A DNA stretch of 54,197 bases from Candidatus Aadella gelida. GTDB lineage: Bacteria > Omnitrophota > Gorgyraeia > Tantalellales > Tantalellaceae. The position numbers and the translations under genes are program-made. The stretch spans positions 1 to 54,197 of the forward strand of contig JAVCDB010000008.1 of NCBI GenBank assembly GCA_030765205.1. The letters run 5' to 3'. The notes under the pieces are model-generated. The model ran no database searches, was not told where the DNA came from, and saw nothing but the letters and a program-made list of their open reading frames with translations. This document shows positions 1 to 10,074 of this stretch, piece after piece; positions within the stretch are counted from its first letter, which is position 1, and the number at the start of each line of letters is the position of its first letter.

Positions 1-155
1 TCTATCCACTTATCTATAGTATCTTTTTTGAAACGCCATTTTGAGCCTACTTTGAAAGCGGGGAGCTTGCCTGTTTGGGCATGTTTGTAGATTGTGACTG
101 TCTTCATTTTTAGATAATCGGCAACTTCATCTACCGTCATAACTATGTTAGCCAT
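1..155 (-). CDS. Excisionase-like (HTH_17) DNA-binding protein, truncated by window edge
   Basis: Manual translation MANIVMTVDEVADYLKMKTVTIYKHAQTGKLPAFKVGSKWRFKKDTIDKWI...; AGGAG SD upstream; not in ORF track because it is partial. Confidence 0.85.
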   Translation of the reverse strand, partial: MANIVMTVDEVADYLKMKTVTIYKHAQTGKLPAFKVGSKWRFKKDTIDKWI

Positions 156-374
156 GATAAACTCCTTGTTACTAATTGATATAAATTAATCTTTTTTATC
201 TTCCATTAATGCGGAATAATATGGATTGATGTTATCTATTACGTGCTTGAATATCTCTAGGAAATATAGAACCATAAGCGGTTCCCCCTACATAGTGCAT
301 TACTGTTTCTTGGTATGCTAGACTGTTTTTTAGTGTCTTGCCCTCTCTATTATGATAACTTGGTCGTGATGTTA

Positions 375-402
375 AGTATAATGACGTGACCATCTAAGTC
401 AA
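375..402 (-). promoter_or_regulatory. sigma70-type promoter for the HTH gene
   Basis: TTGACT-N16-TATACT on minus strand, about 215 nt upstream of the ATG. Confidence 0.5.
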
Positions 403-497
403 ATGGACGGAGCCATATTGCCCCTTGTTAGGAGAATGGAGAAAAACAGTTTAAAAAGTTTAATAGTTCATAGTAGGTAAATGAGCAGCGGGGGCTA

Positions 498-622
498 GAG
501 ATTGCCGCGTCACTCGGCTTAGGGCCTCGTTTCTCGCCGCAATTGACGGGACATTTTTCGCGCGTCATTGCGACCCCAGCTGCTCCGCTTTGCGAAGCAA
601 AGCGACGGGGGGAAGCAATCTC
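498..622. repeat. REP-like palindromic doublet (GTCATTGCG...GAAGCAATCTC type)
   Basis: GAGATTGC(498-505)/GCAATCTC(615-622) and CGCAATTGAC(538-547)/GTCATTGCG(564-572) inverted pairs; GC-rich intergenic. Confidence 0.65.
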
Positions 623-634
623 ACAAGTCACGAA

Positions 635-1105
635 TTACAAGACCAGTCTTACAATTATCTGCAAAACTAGATTTGCATATATAGCTGCTGCCAGGTCGTC
701 TAGCATTATTGCCCAGCCTCCGGGGAGTTTTTCGAGGGTTTTCAAAGGAGGTATTTTAGTTATGTCTATAATGCGGTATACAGCAAAGCCGATAAGTATT
801 ACCGGCCAGGTTAACGGGACGAAAAGAAATACTGCGAAGATGCATGCGAATTCATCAATTATTATGAAGGAAGGATCCTTCCTTCCCCCTCTCTTCTCAA
901 CCTCATTGGAAATTGGTACACCTACCGCGAAGAGAAGGATAAATAGGATTATATATGAGGAAATGTTACCATGAACAGCCAAACATAACGCGAGTCCGGC
1001 AATACTGCCCAGCGTACCCGGGGCTATAGGAGAATAGCCTATCCCGAATACGGTGGCGATGAGTTTGTATATAGTATAGCGTATAGAGTATAGAGTATGT
1101 CGCAT
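635..1105 (-). CDS. pgpA: Phosphatidylglycerophosphatase A
   Basis: APGTLGS, KDPSFIIIDE, DITKIPP, GGWAIMLDDLAA motifs; follows pgsA. Confidence 0.92.
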   Translation of the reverse strand: MRHTLYSIRYTIYKLIATVFGIGYSPIAPGTLGSIAGLALCLAVHGNISSYIILFILLFAVGVPISNEVEKRGGRKDPSFIIIDEFACIFAVFLFVPLTWPVILIGFAVYRIIDITKIPPLKTLEKLPGGWAIMLDDLAAAIYANLVLQIIVRLVL

Positions 1106-1218
1106 ATTGTGATCCGTGATCTGTGAACCGTGAGCAGTAAACAGTGAACAGTTGTTTGACTGATATTCTAATTCTACAAATTATGAACTACGAGCTACCA
1201 ACTACGAACTACCAACTA
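1067..1218. repeat. 7-nt phased degenerate tandem arrays
   Basis: 13 in-register units starting with G (GTATAGA..GTGATCC..GTGAACA, 1067-1157) and 6 CTACNAA-like units (1174-1215). Confidence 0.85.
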
Positions 1219-1220
1219 TT

Positions 1221-1814
1221 TCAATCCTTGTTATTTCCATTCAGCAGATATTTCTTGTTGCCTATAATGTAGGATGCTCCGCTTATTATTGTCAGTATGG
1301 TCGTTATTATCATCATGATGAATATTAGTTGTTTGTACCAGTATTCGAAAGACCCGTTCCAGAATCCGAAGGTTTTTACACCGGCTTCTTTTATTATTAT
1401 GAAAATCAGGATGATCAGGATAGAAAGCATCTGTGATACGGTCTTATGTTTGCCTCCCATACCCGCGGAAAGTACGTCGTTATTCTTTAGGGCTACCAGG
1501 CGTATACCGGTGATCACGAGTTCCCTTAAGATGATTATTACCACTATCCATGCGGGAACAAGTTTTAACTCAACAAAGGCCAGGAATGCGGCTATAGTAA
1601 GTATTTTATCGGCAACGGGATCCATTATCTTTCCGAAATCTGATGTTATGTTATATTTTTTTGCTATGAACCCGTCAAGGTAGTCACTACAGACAGCGGC
1701 AATAAATATAGCAAGTGCGGCGGTTTTTGCGGCTATACCCGGCAAGAACAAGAGTACCATGAAAACGAAAGTTAAAAGTATCCTGACCAAGGTTATCTTG
1801 TTGGGTAGGTTCAT
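1221..1814 (-). CDS. pgsA: CDP-diacylglycerol--glycerol-3-phosphate 3-phosphatidyltransferase
   Basis: MNLPNKITLVRI start; CDP-alcohol phosphotransferase motif DYLDGFIAKK...FGKIMDPVADK. Confidence 0.95.
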   Translation of the reverse strand: MNLPNKITLVRILLTFVFMVLLFLPGIAAKTAALAIFIAAVCSDYLDGFIAKKYNITSDFGKIMDPVADKILTIAAFLAFVELKLVPAWIVVIIILRELVITGIRLVALKNNDVLSAGMGGKHKTVSQMLSILIILIFIIIKEAGVKTFGFWNGSFEYWYKQLIFIMMIITTILTIISGASYIIGNKKYLLNGNNKD

Positions 1815-3142
1815 GTTGCGTCTCCTGTCATATCATATTCCATTGTTCCCGTTATCTTTACATCAACAAAATCTCCGGGTTTAAGGTCTTTGCCTTTGAC
1901 AAATATCACACCGTCTACTTCGGGTGCGTCTTTTTCGGATCTTCCTATAAATTGTGAAGGATCGTCATTAATGGTTTCGTCAATGAGGGTTTTCAATGTC
2001 TTGCCTATAATTTTTGTATTGTTATCGGCAGAAATATCCTGCTGCAATCTCATTACTTTATCGAACCGTTCACGTTTTATCTCTTCGGGAACTTGATCGG
2101 GAAACCCGTATGCGGGTGTACCTTCTTCTTTCGAATAGATGAACGCTCCTAATCTGTCGAACTTTACCTTCTCCAAAAAGTCCAGGAGTTCATTGAACAT
2201 GTCTTCTGTCTCACCCGGGAAACCTACTATGATCGATGTGCGTAAGGTTACATCGTCTATACGACGTCGCAGTCTATCTATTAAGGTTTTTATCTCTTCT
2301 GCTGTTGACATGCGGTTCATCTTTTTTAGTATATCACTGTTTATGTGTTGCACGGGAAGGTCTACATATTTGCAGATATTTTTATTAGAAGTCATAACGT
2401 CTATGAGATCGTCCGTAAAATGTGCGGGATGTGTGTACAGGAGCCGTATCCATCGATCTTTCATTACCGGGGTCACTTCCCTTAAAAGAGCGGCTAGTTC
2501 GCTCTGTCCGGAGCGATCTAAGCCGAATGAGGTGGTATCCTGTCCTATAATAACAGCTTCTTTTATATCATGGTCGGTTCTTAACTTTTCTACCTCTTTT
2601 ACAACTGATCCTATGTCACGACTGCGTCTTGGTCCTTTAAGATCCGGGATAACACAATATGTACATCTGTTAGAGCACCCTTCCTGTATCTTGACATAAG
2701 CATAATGAGGCAAGGTAAGAAGATTTCGGGAATAAGTATGATCATACAAAAAATCCGGAGTGGAAGTAACTTCTTTTACCCCTTTATCGGAGACAAGCTT
2801 GTTCAGAAAACCCGGGATCTTAATAAAATCCGATGACCCGAATATGCCATCGATCTCCTTTATCTCCCCTTTTAGTTCGTCCGGATAACGTTGGCTTAGG
2901 CATCCCGCGACAATAAGTTTTTGTATAATGCCCTCTTTTTTAAGCTCAGCCAATTGCAGTATAATATCAATAGATTCTTTTTTAGCGTCTTCGATGAATC
3001 CGCAGGTATTCACTATCGCTATATCCGCGCTTTCTGCTTCATCAACTATAGTGAATGATCGTTCGTTAAGTAAGCCCAAAAGGATTTCGCTGTCTAGCAT
3101 GTTACGCGGACAACCTAAACTTAAGAGATAGATGTTTTTCAT
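1811..3142 (-). CDS. rimO: Ribosomal protein uS12 methylthiotransferase
   Basis: SLGCPRN, VNTCGFIEDAKKESI, radical SAM CSNRCTYC, TRAM end DAPEVDG. Confidence 0.95.
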   Translation of the reverse strand: MKNIYLLSLGCPRNMLDSEILLGLLNERSFTIVDEAESADIAIVNTCGFIEDAKKESIDIILQLAELKKEGIIQKLIVAGCLSQRYPDELKGEIKEIDGIFGSSDFIKIPGFLNKLVSDKGVKEVTSTPDFLYDHTYSRNLLTLPHYAYVKIQEGCSNRCTYCVIPDLKGPRRSRDIGSVVKEVEKLRTDHDIKEAVIIGQDTTSFGLDRSGQSELAALLREVTPVMKDRWIRLLYTHPAHFTDDLIDVMTSNKNICKYVDLPVQHINSDILKKMNRMSTAEEIKTLIDRLRRRIDDVTLRTSIIVGFPGETEDMFNELLDFLEKVKFDRLGAFIYSKEEGTPAYGFPDQVPEEIKRERFDKVMRLQQDISADNNTKIIGKTLKTLIDETINDDPSQFIGRSEKDAPEVDGVIFVKGKDLKPGDFVDVKITGTMEYDMTGDAT

Positions 3143-3157
3143 ACGGAAGGGTATATT

Positions 3158-3967
3158 TTAATCAACGCGGGCGACCCAGGTTTTTCCTATCTTCACGCCA
3201 TCCGGCGAGACCTTAATGTTCTTGCATACACCGGATGCGACTTCACCAAGATCCTGGCCGTTTATTTCAAAATCCAGCATCTCGCCTTTCCCAGTCCAGA
3301 CGTTTATTGTCCCATCGGTGTCCCAAGTCTCCGAGCTGCCTTTCCCGAGCATACCGGAATAAAGAAGATTATCTCCTTCGGTTATGTGTATCCACGCTTC
3401 ATCCCGGGCTTTAAGCGTAAATTTGAGTGCTTTTTTGTTTATTTTCTTTTTTTCTAAGATTTCTTTTTTCTTCACTTCTTTGACTATCTTCGGTTCTGCG
3501 ACCCTTACCTTTTTTTTGATCTGTGTGCTGACTTTTATTTTCTCAGGGTTATTACGTTTTCTGATACCTTCTCTCACCTTACCCACAAGCACAAGAACGA
3601 GTATAACGAATATACATGTCAGCGCAATTGCAAGACCCTTTTGGATATTCTTGTCGGTTACGGATACCAGGTCTTCGTCTTTTTTGTCATATTCGTCGTA
3701 TTCCAGCGAAAATTCCATGCCCGGGACTTTTAATGATATCTTTTCATATTTTTTTAGGATATCTTCAACATCCAAACCCAGAAAAGTGGCGTATTTTTTC
3801 ATGAAACTTTTTAGATAAGGTTTACCTATGCGGTCCAATACTCCTGTCTCTATATCTTTGATCACTCTGAAAGATATGAGACTGCGCGCACTGACCTCGT
3901 TTATGGTCAGGTGTTTTTTTTCTCTGGCATCACTAAATATTTTTCCTAATTCTTTTGGGGGATTCAT
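3158..3967 (-). CDS. rodZ: RodZ-like protein (HTH, TM helix, DUF4115-like domain)
   Basis: N-terminal HTH (AREKKHLTINEVS...YATFLGLD), one TM helix, C-terminal AWIHIT..G beta domain; ftsK-rodZ-rimO-pgsA synteny. Confidence 0.8.
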   Translation of the reverse strand: MNPPKELGKIFSDAREKKHLTINEVSARSLISFRVIKDIETGVLDRIGKPYLKSFMKKYATFLGLDVEDILKKYEKISLKVPGMEFSLEYDEYDKKDEDLVSVTDKNIQKGLAIALTCIFVILVLVLVGKVREGIRKRNNPEKIKVSTQIKKKVRVAEPKIVKEVKKKEILEKKKINKKALKFTLKARDEAWIHITEGDNLLYSGMLGKGSSETWDTDGTINVWTGKGEMLDFEINGQDLGEVASGVCKNIKVSPDGVKIGKTWVARVD

Positions 3968-6237
3968 TCGTCCTGCTCTTCCTGTTCTTCTTCGTCCGTG
4001 TCATCGATATCTTCTATCTCATCTATTAATATCTCTCTGGCCTTAGATCCATTATGCGGACCTACTATGCCTTCTTCTTCCATCATATCTATCATCCTGG
4101 CGGCTCTGGTATACCCTACTCTGAGTTTTCTCTGTACCATGGAGACCGAAGCTTGTTGTGTGCCGATAACAATATCCACGGCCTTGTGGTACATATCATC
4201 TTTTTCATGCGCGACACCGGAAGTTTTATATTCTTGTTTCTCCATGATATCCGAGAGGTACTGCGACCCTGTCTGATTCTTGATAAATTTTACTACTTTT
4301 TTTATCTCGGAATCCTCCACTAAACTACATTGACCCCGGATAAGCGAAGACTCGCCGGGTTCCATGAGGAGCATATCCCCTCTTCCTAAAAGTTTTTCCG
4401 CCCCATTGGCATCTAATACTGTCCTTGAATCTACCTTTGAAGCCACTTTAAAAGATATGCGTGCGGGAAAGTTGGCTTTTATGACGCCTGTTATAACGTT
4501 CACTGACGGACGCTGCGTCGCAAGAATCATATGTATGCCCGCGGCTCGTGAAAGCTGCGCTATTCTCATTATCGCGGTTTCCACTTCCTGTTGACCCACC
4601 ATCATAAGATCCGCTAATTCGTCTACTATGACCATTATATACGGAAGATTTTCGTCGTCTTCTTCGGATCTGTCCTTATACGCGCCTATATTCCTGACAC
4701 CTTTTCCGGCAAAGATCTCGTAACGTCGTTCCATCTCACCGACTATCCATCCCAATGCAGATGCGGCTTTTTTGGGGTTGGTCACTATTGGAGTTATTAA
4801 ATGCGGGATCCCTTCAAACATCATAAGTTCCACTCTTTTCGGGTCGATCATCATAAATCTGACCTCGTCGGGAGAAGAATTGAATAGTATGCTGCTGATT
4901 ATCGCGTTTATGCATACTGTTTTCCCGGATCCGGTAGCTCCGGCTATGAGAAGATGCGGCATTTTCGCGAGATCTATCACTATTGTCTTGCCTGAAAGAT
5001 CTTTGCCCAGAGCGAGTTTGATCGGGGATTCTTCTTCCTCGTATTCTTCGGTCTCAAGTATATCCCTGAGAAGTACTTTCTCGCTTTTAGAATTGGGGAC
5101 TTCTATTCCTATGGTTCCTTTGCCGGGAAGAGGAGCTACAATACGTATATTCGCGGACTTCATAGCAAGTGAGATGTTGTCGCTCAGTGAAGTTATCCTG
5201 TTAACTTTGGTGCCTACGGCAGGTTCCAATTCGTACATAGTAATAACCGGACCCCTATTTATCTTGACTACAGCCGCTTCTACCCCAAATTCCATCAGCG
5301 TATTCTCAAGCATAGCCGCGCGTTGTTTAAGCACTTCTTCGCGTTCAGAGGAATCTCCAACTGAAGCCTTACTTAGAAGATCTAATCCGGGAAGGACATA
5401 TTCAATATTCTCGCCGGTAGACGTATCAGCTGTCTGGACCGTGCGCGTTTCAGAACGATCAGACGATCTGGCCGCGCTTTTAGCGGAAACTATTCTGGGT
5501 TCTGTCTTTGAATTTGACACTTCTTCGCCGGAACCGGCTTTTCTCGAAGATAAAGGTGTACTACGGACCGCTTCCACTTGTTTTTTCATTTTCTCAAGCT
5601 TCTTGGTAATCTCTTTCTTGGCCTCTCTAACGCTGCTGCGTTTTACTGCCGGATCTTCTTCTTTCGCGAAGATACTCTCTGTAAGGGTTGTTCTTATCCT
5701 GGTTATTGATTCGGAAACAAACCCGAAAAGCACCGAGAATAAAGGAAGTATCAGAAATTCTGTCGCTACCAGAACTGAAAGGATTATCATTGCGGAGATA
5801 AAGACTAGCGCACCCACCCTGCCCAGGTATTCCAAAAGAAATCCCGCTATTACTGTACCAATTAATCCGCCATTAGCATAAGCTGCTTCAGGGATTGAGT
5901 CGTAGAACATGCTTAAACTAGCGCTTACCGCGGCACATAGTACGATGGCACCGAATACCTTAAAATATAGTTTTCTTTCTTCAGATTGAATAAGACGCGA
6001 AATGCCCCAAACAAGTATAAGCGCCGGAATAACATAAGAAGCGCGACCAAGAAAAAAACGCAGGAACCCACCGATGAATGCTCCGAGTATACCCGTAACA
6101 TTATTCATATCAGTGTTGGGGCTTGAAGTGTAAAACGAAAGATCCGATTCACTGAAAGTAAAAAGGCTTAGAAAAAGGAACAGACTTCCCGCAAAAAGGA
6201 CCACCGCTATGATCTCGTTTTTTCTTACCTGATCCAT
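3964..6237 (-). CDS. ftsK: DNA translocase FtsK
   Basis: 4TM N-terminus, PHLLIAGATGSGKT, VDELADLMM, ATQRPSV, gamma domain RVGYTRAAR; ATG at 6237 preferred over TTG at 6255. Confidence 0.96.
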   Translation of the reverse strand: MDQVRKNEIIAVVLFAGSLFLFLSLFTFSESDLSFYTSSPNTDMNNVTGILGAFIGGFLRFFLGRASYVIPALILVWGISRLIQSEERKLYFKVFGAIVLCAAVSASLSMFYDSIPEAAYANGGLIGTVIAGFLLEYLGRVGALVFISAMIILSVLVATEFLILPLFSVLFGFVSESITRIRTTLTESIFAKEEDPAVKRSSVREAKKEITKKLEKMKKQVEAVRSTPLSSRKAGSGEEVSNSKTEPRIVSAKSAARSSDRSETRTVQTADTSTGENIEYVLPGLDLLSKASVGDSSEREEVLKQRAAMLENTLMEFGVEAAVVKINRGPVITMYELEPAVGTKVNRITSLSDNISLAMKSANIRIVAPLPGKGTIGIEVPNSKSEKVLLRDILETEEYEEEESPIKLALGKDLSGKTIVIDLAKMPHLLIAGATGSGKTVCINAIISSILFNSSPDEVRFMMIDPKRVELMMFEGIPHLITPIVTNPKKAASALGWIVGEMERRYEIFAGKGVRNIGAYKDRSEEDDENLPYIMVIVDELADLMMVGQQEVETAIMRIAQLSRAAGIHMILATQRPSVNVITGVIKANFPARISFKVASKVDSRTVLDANGAEKLLGRGDMLLMEPGESSLIRGQCSLVEDSEIKKVVKFIKNQTGSQYLSDIMEKQEYKTSGVAHEKDDMYHKAVDIVIGTQQASVSMVQRKLRVGYTRAARMIDMMEEEGIVGPHNGSKAREILIDEIEDIDDTDEEEQEEQDE

Positions 6238-6244
6238 AATTTTT

Positions 6245-7015
6245 TTATCTCGCAAGAACAGTGACTGTGCATCCGAGCACTAGACAGTACAGTCCGAAAA
6301 TATAAAGTTTTTTTGATACTACTACCCATTTTAAAAGCCGAAGGCTTGCAAGTCCCGCGGCAAAGGCTATTATCATTCCGGGAATGTATTCCGGTAATAC
6401 GGTTGCCGATCCGGATGTTACAGAAACCGCGGAGTATATCTTGTAAACAACCGCACCAAGAATAACGGGTATTGACAGTAAAAACGAGAACCTGAAAGAT
6501 TCTTCCGCGTTTACCCCTGCTACAAGAGCGGTTGATATGGTAGTACCGCTTCGTGAGATACCCGGCAGAAGTGCTAATGCCTGAGAAACTCCCACATAAA
6601 GAGCGGAACGTAAAGTCATCTTATCCTGTTTCGCAGTTCTCTTCAAAGCAGCCTGGCCCATAAAAAGTATGACTGAAGTGATTATCAGCATCATTCCGAC
6701 TTTTGAAGGTGACGCGAAAAAGGATGTTATTTTTTCTTCAAAGAACAGTGCGGCAAGTACCGCGGGAATCGTAGCAAGAACTATGTAGGATATTATCCGT
6801 ATATTCTTTTCCCTAAAGATCCGCGCTATATCCTTCCTGAAATATACGATTACCGCTGCCATGGTCGCCGCATGAAGGCATATATCAAAAAACACGGTGC
6901 CAGGCGTAATGCCGAAAAAATTATGTACAAGGACTAAGTGTCCGGAACTGGAAATCGGTAAGAATTCTGTTAATCCCTGTACAAGTCCGGATATTAATGA
7001 TTCGATCATTGTCAT
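6245..7015 (-). CDS. uppP: Undecaprenyl-diphosphate phosphatase
   Basis: QGLTEFLPISSSGHL and LPGISRSGTTI signatures. Confidence 0.96.
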   Translation of the reverse strand: MTMIESLISGLVQGLTEFLPISSSGHLVLVHNFFGITPGTVFFDICLHAATMAAVIVYFRKDIARIFREKNIRIISYIVLATIPAVLAALFFEEKITSFFASPSKVGMMLIITSVILFMGQAALKRTAKQDKMTLRSALYVGVSQALALLPGISRSGTTISTALVAGVNAEESFRFSFLLSIPVILGAVVYKIYSAVSVTSGSATVLPEYIPGMIIAFAAGLASLRLLKWVVVSKKLYIFGLYCLVLGCTVTVLAR

Positions 7016-7035
7016 AATCTCAATCTTATAAAGCT

Positions 7036-7488
7036 CTATCTAATGCCGGTATGTCCGAATCCGCCGTGCGCCCGTTCAGTCTCACCTAACCCGTCAGTCT
7101 CAACAAATTCCGCACGGGTAATGTCCCTGATAACCATTTGAGCCATTCGGTGACCTCGTTCGATATTAAAGTCTTCTCTGCCCAGATTAATGACTATCAG
7201 ATTTATCAGACCTCGGTAATCGCTATCAATAGTTCCTGGGGTGTTTACTAAAGTTATTCCGTGTTTCAAAGCTAAACCGCTTCTGGGTCTTATCTGAGCT
7301 TCATATCCTTCGGGAAGTTCTATATAAATACCGCAGGACACGAGTTTAATTTCTCCCGGCGAGATAATAACATTATCCTTCACATCAGCGTATAGATCTA
7401 CACCGCTGGATCCGGTTGTAGCATAAGACGGGATTGGTAAGTCTTTAGCGTCTTCCTTGCGTTTTATTTTTACTTTTATGGTTCCCAA
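7036..7488 (-). CDS. dut: dUTP diphosphatase
   Basis: [31 protein letters not shown] motifs. Confidence 0.96.
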   Translation of the reverse strand: MGTIKVKIKRKEDAKDLPIPSYATTGSSGVDLYADVKDNVIISPGEIKLVSCGIYIELPEGYEAQIRPRSGLALKHGITLVNTPGTIDSDYRGLINLIVINLGREDFNIERGHRMAQMVIRDITRAEFVETDGLGETERAHGGFGHTGIR

Positions 7489-7509
7489 TACTTGTTTCTC
7501 TTAAGTAAT

Positions 7510-7544
7510 GTCCCGGCTCATGATATTTATTCACTTGCCGGGAC
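7510..7544 (-). terminator. Stem-loop downstream of pnp (weak terminator or processing/stability hairpin)
   Basis: GTCCCGGC/GCCGGGAC stem; U-tract weak. Confidence 0.4.
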
Positions 7545-7564
7545 TTGATCTATTACAGTTTTTA

Positions 7565-9640
7565 TTATCCAGCTTGTTTTATGCTAAGTTTAACGCGGCC
7601 CTGGTCATCTATGCCAATAAGTTTTACTTTTACTTCCTGACCTTCCTTAACAACATCAGCCACATTCTTTACAAATTCTCCTGCTAGTTCAGAAACATGA
7701 CAAAGTCCTTCCTGTCCCGGCAGATATTCACAAAACGCGCCAAAATTCATTATCTTGGTGATCTTTGCGTTATATATTTTTCCTACTTCAGGTTCTTCTA
7801 CTATGCTTTTCACCCATACTATAGCTTTGTCCAGAGATTCTTTATCAGCAGAAGATATCTGACATGCACCTTCATCGTCTATGTTTATGTCAGCACCGGT
7901 TTCCGCGATTATCTTACGGATCATCTTTCCGCCAGGACCTATGACAGCCCCTATTTTATCGGATTTAAGCATGATCGTTACTATTCGCGGCGCGTTAGGA
8001 GCTACTTCTTCAAGCGGTTTAGAAATAATACCTGCCATATGATCCAATATCTTGAGTCGCGCTTTCTTTGCCTGTTCAAAAGCTTCTTCAAGTATTTTAA
8101 AACTCACACCTTTGATCTTAAGATCCATCTGTACGGCTGTAACTCCTTCGCGTGTCCCGGCTACCTTAAAATCCATATCTCCGCAATGATCTTCAGTTCC
8201 GGCTATATCCGTAAGTACCTCATACTTATCACCTTTGGTCATAAGTCCCATAGCTATACCGCTAACCGCATCCGAGACCGGTACTCCGCTCGCCATCAGA
8301 GATAACGAACCTGCACATACCGTTGCCATCGAACTTGACCCGTTAGATTCGAGTATTTCAGATACTAGACGTATCGTGTAAGGAAACTTTTCGGCCGCAG
8401 GAAGAACCGGTTTGAGCGCTTTCTCCGCTAATGCACCATGCCCTATTTCACGTCTTCCGGGACCTCTCAAGAAACGAGCTTCGCCTACGCTGAACGGAGG
8501 GAAATTGTAATGCAGCATAAAAGTTTTCACTCCGGGACCCGTAAGAGTCTCTATCCGCTGTTCATCAGAACTGCTCCCAAGTGTCGTAACGGCAAGTGCT
8601 TGTGTCTGTCCACGAGTAAAAAGTCCGCTTCCGTGAGCACAAGGAAGTATGTTGATTTCGGAAGATAATTGCCTTATCTCGTCACATTTTCTCCCATCAA
8701 CACGTTTATTCTCATCCATTATAAGATCTCTGACTATACTTTTCTCAAGTTTGGCCAGAGAAGAAGACACAGCTCTTTTAATATCATCGTCTTCTGTTCC
8801 TTCTTCCTCTTCGATAAGTCTAGTTTTCAAATTTACCAGAGCCTCAACTCTTTCCTGTTTATCCGCGATCATAAGTGTCTTTTTAAGTTCTTCTCGAGCC
8901 TTTCCGTCGATCTTCTCATACATTTCTTCGTTCTTGTCAGCGAAAGTTATATCTTCTCTTTTCTTTTTTCCTACCTTTTTCTGAAGCTTTTTCTGTATCT
9001 CTATCACAGGCTTAAGAGATTCATGTGCTTTTTTGATAGCTTCTATAACTTTTTCTTCACCAACCTTGTTGGCTCCGGCTTCCAGCATAATAACACTTTC
9101 TTCGTTAGCGACTATCACGACATCCATACTGCTTTCTTCTCTTTGCTCGAAAGTAGGATTAATAACAAGTTCACCGTCTACCATGCCAACTCTCATCCCG
9201 CCTAAAGGCCCGCTAAAAGGAACATCAGATATCGTAAGAGCAGTTGAAGCTCCTATGAGTGCTAATATATCGGGATCGGTTTTCCCATCTGAAGACAAAA
9301 CAGACGCAATAACTTGAACTTCATTCAACATCCCTTCAGGGAAAAGCGGTCGAATAGGCCTGTCTATCATCCTTGATGTAAGTATTTCTTTTTCGGTAGG
9401 TCTGCCTTCTCTCTTAAAAAACCCTCCGGGTATTCTTCCTGACGCGAATGTTTTTTCCTGATATTCAACGGTTAACGGGAAAAACCCCATATTTTCTTTA
9501 GCCTTCTTTGAGCCGACACATGTCACCAAGACCATTGTACCTCCACACTGGATGGTAACCGCCCCGCTAGCCTGTTTAGCAAGCTTCCCTGTCTCAATTA
9601 TTAGCTCTTCATTACCCAACTTTGTTCTTACTTGTTCCAT
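7565..9640 (-). CDS. pnp: Polyribonucleotide nucleotidyltransferase (PNPase)
   Basis: FFPLTVEY, RREIGHG, ESNGSSSMA, DMDFKVAG, KH and S1 domains. Confidence 0.98.
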   Translation of the reverse strand: MEQVRTKLGNEELIIETGKLAKQASGAVTIQCGGTMVLVTCVGSKKAKENMGFFPLTVEYQEKTFASGRIPGGFFKREGRPTEKEILTSRMIDRPIRPLFPEGMLNEVQVIASVLSSDGKTDPDILALIGASTALTISDVPFSGPLGGMRVGMVDGELVINPTFEQREESSMDVVIVANEESVIMLEAGANKVGEEKVIEAIKKAHESLKPVIEIQKKLQKKVGKKKREDITFADKNEEMYEKIDGKAREELKKTLMIADKQERVEALVNLKTRLIEEEEGTEDDDIKRAVSSSLAKLEKSIVRDLIMDENKRVDGRKCDEIRQLSSEINILPCAHGSGLFTRGQTQALAVTTLGSSSDEQRIETLTGPGVKTFMLHYNFPPFSVGEARFLRGPGRREIGHGALAEKALKPVLPAAEKFPYTIRLVSEILESNGSSSMATVCAGSLSLMASGVPVSDAVSGIAMGLMTKGDKYEVLTDIAGTEDHCGDMDFKVAGTREGVTAVQMDLKIKGVSFKILEEAFEQAKKARLKILDHMAGIISKPLEEVAPNAPRIVTIMLKSDKIGAVIGPGGKMIRKIIAETGADINIDDEGACQISSADKESLDKAIVWVKSIVEEPEVGKIYNAKITKIMNFGAFCEYLPGQEGLCHVSELAGEFVKNVADVVKEGQEVKVKLIGIDDQGRVKLSIKQAG

Positions 9641-9685
9641 TATGATTCCTATCCTTTTTTCCGGCTCAACTGATAAAAAACAGCG

Positions 9686-9955
9686 TTATTTCCTCAAGCC
9701 CAGTTTTTTTATAACCTCTTGATACTTACCGTTATCCGAAGATTTCAGATAACTAAGAAGTTTTCTTCTTTTGTTAACCATCATCAATAACCCTCTGCGG
9801 GAATGATGATCTTTTTTATGCTCTTTAAAATGATCAGCCAGACCGGATATACGCTCGCTCAGAAGAGCTATCTGCACCTCGGGTGAACCCGTATCTGAAT
9901 CATGTTTTTTGAAATCGTCAACGATCTCTTTTTTCTTCTCTTTAATTGTAGCCAT
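9686..9955 (-). CDS. rpsO: 30S ribosomal protein S15
   Basis: [24 protein letters not shown]; ATG 9955 with GGAGGTGA SD gives the canonical 89 aa. Confidence 0.98.
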   Translation of the reverse strand: MATIKEKKKEIVDDFKKHDSDTGSPEVQIALLSERISGLADHFKEHKKDHHSRRGLLMMVNKRRKLLSYLKSSDNGKYQEVIKKLGLRK

Positions 9956-10074
9956 TTTCTCACCTCCGATCTTAAATATCTTATGTTTCCCTTTATTGTC
10001 AATAATACTATGAACCATATTATAACCGTAACGGGTTATAATGGTATCACATACGCCTGTTTTTGTAAACCATT

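Noticed and set aside
1-155. Prophage or ICE boundary suggested by the excisionase-like HTH
   Set aside because: No integrase, att-bearing tRNA or phage genes in view; HTH_17 proteins are common stand-alone regulators
428-974. ORFs 428-631 (-) and 543-974 (+)
   Set aside because: Translations of the REP-like palindrome and the antisense of pgpA; no protein motifs
4772-5881. Long plus-strand ORF (369 aa) and the many other plus-strand ORFs overlapping minus-strand genes
   Set aside because: Antisense shadows of well-supported genes (ftsK, pnp, cysK and others); Ser/Ile/Phe-rich with no recognisable domains
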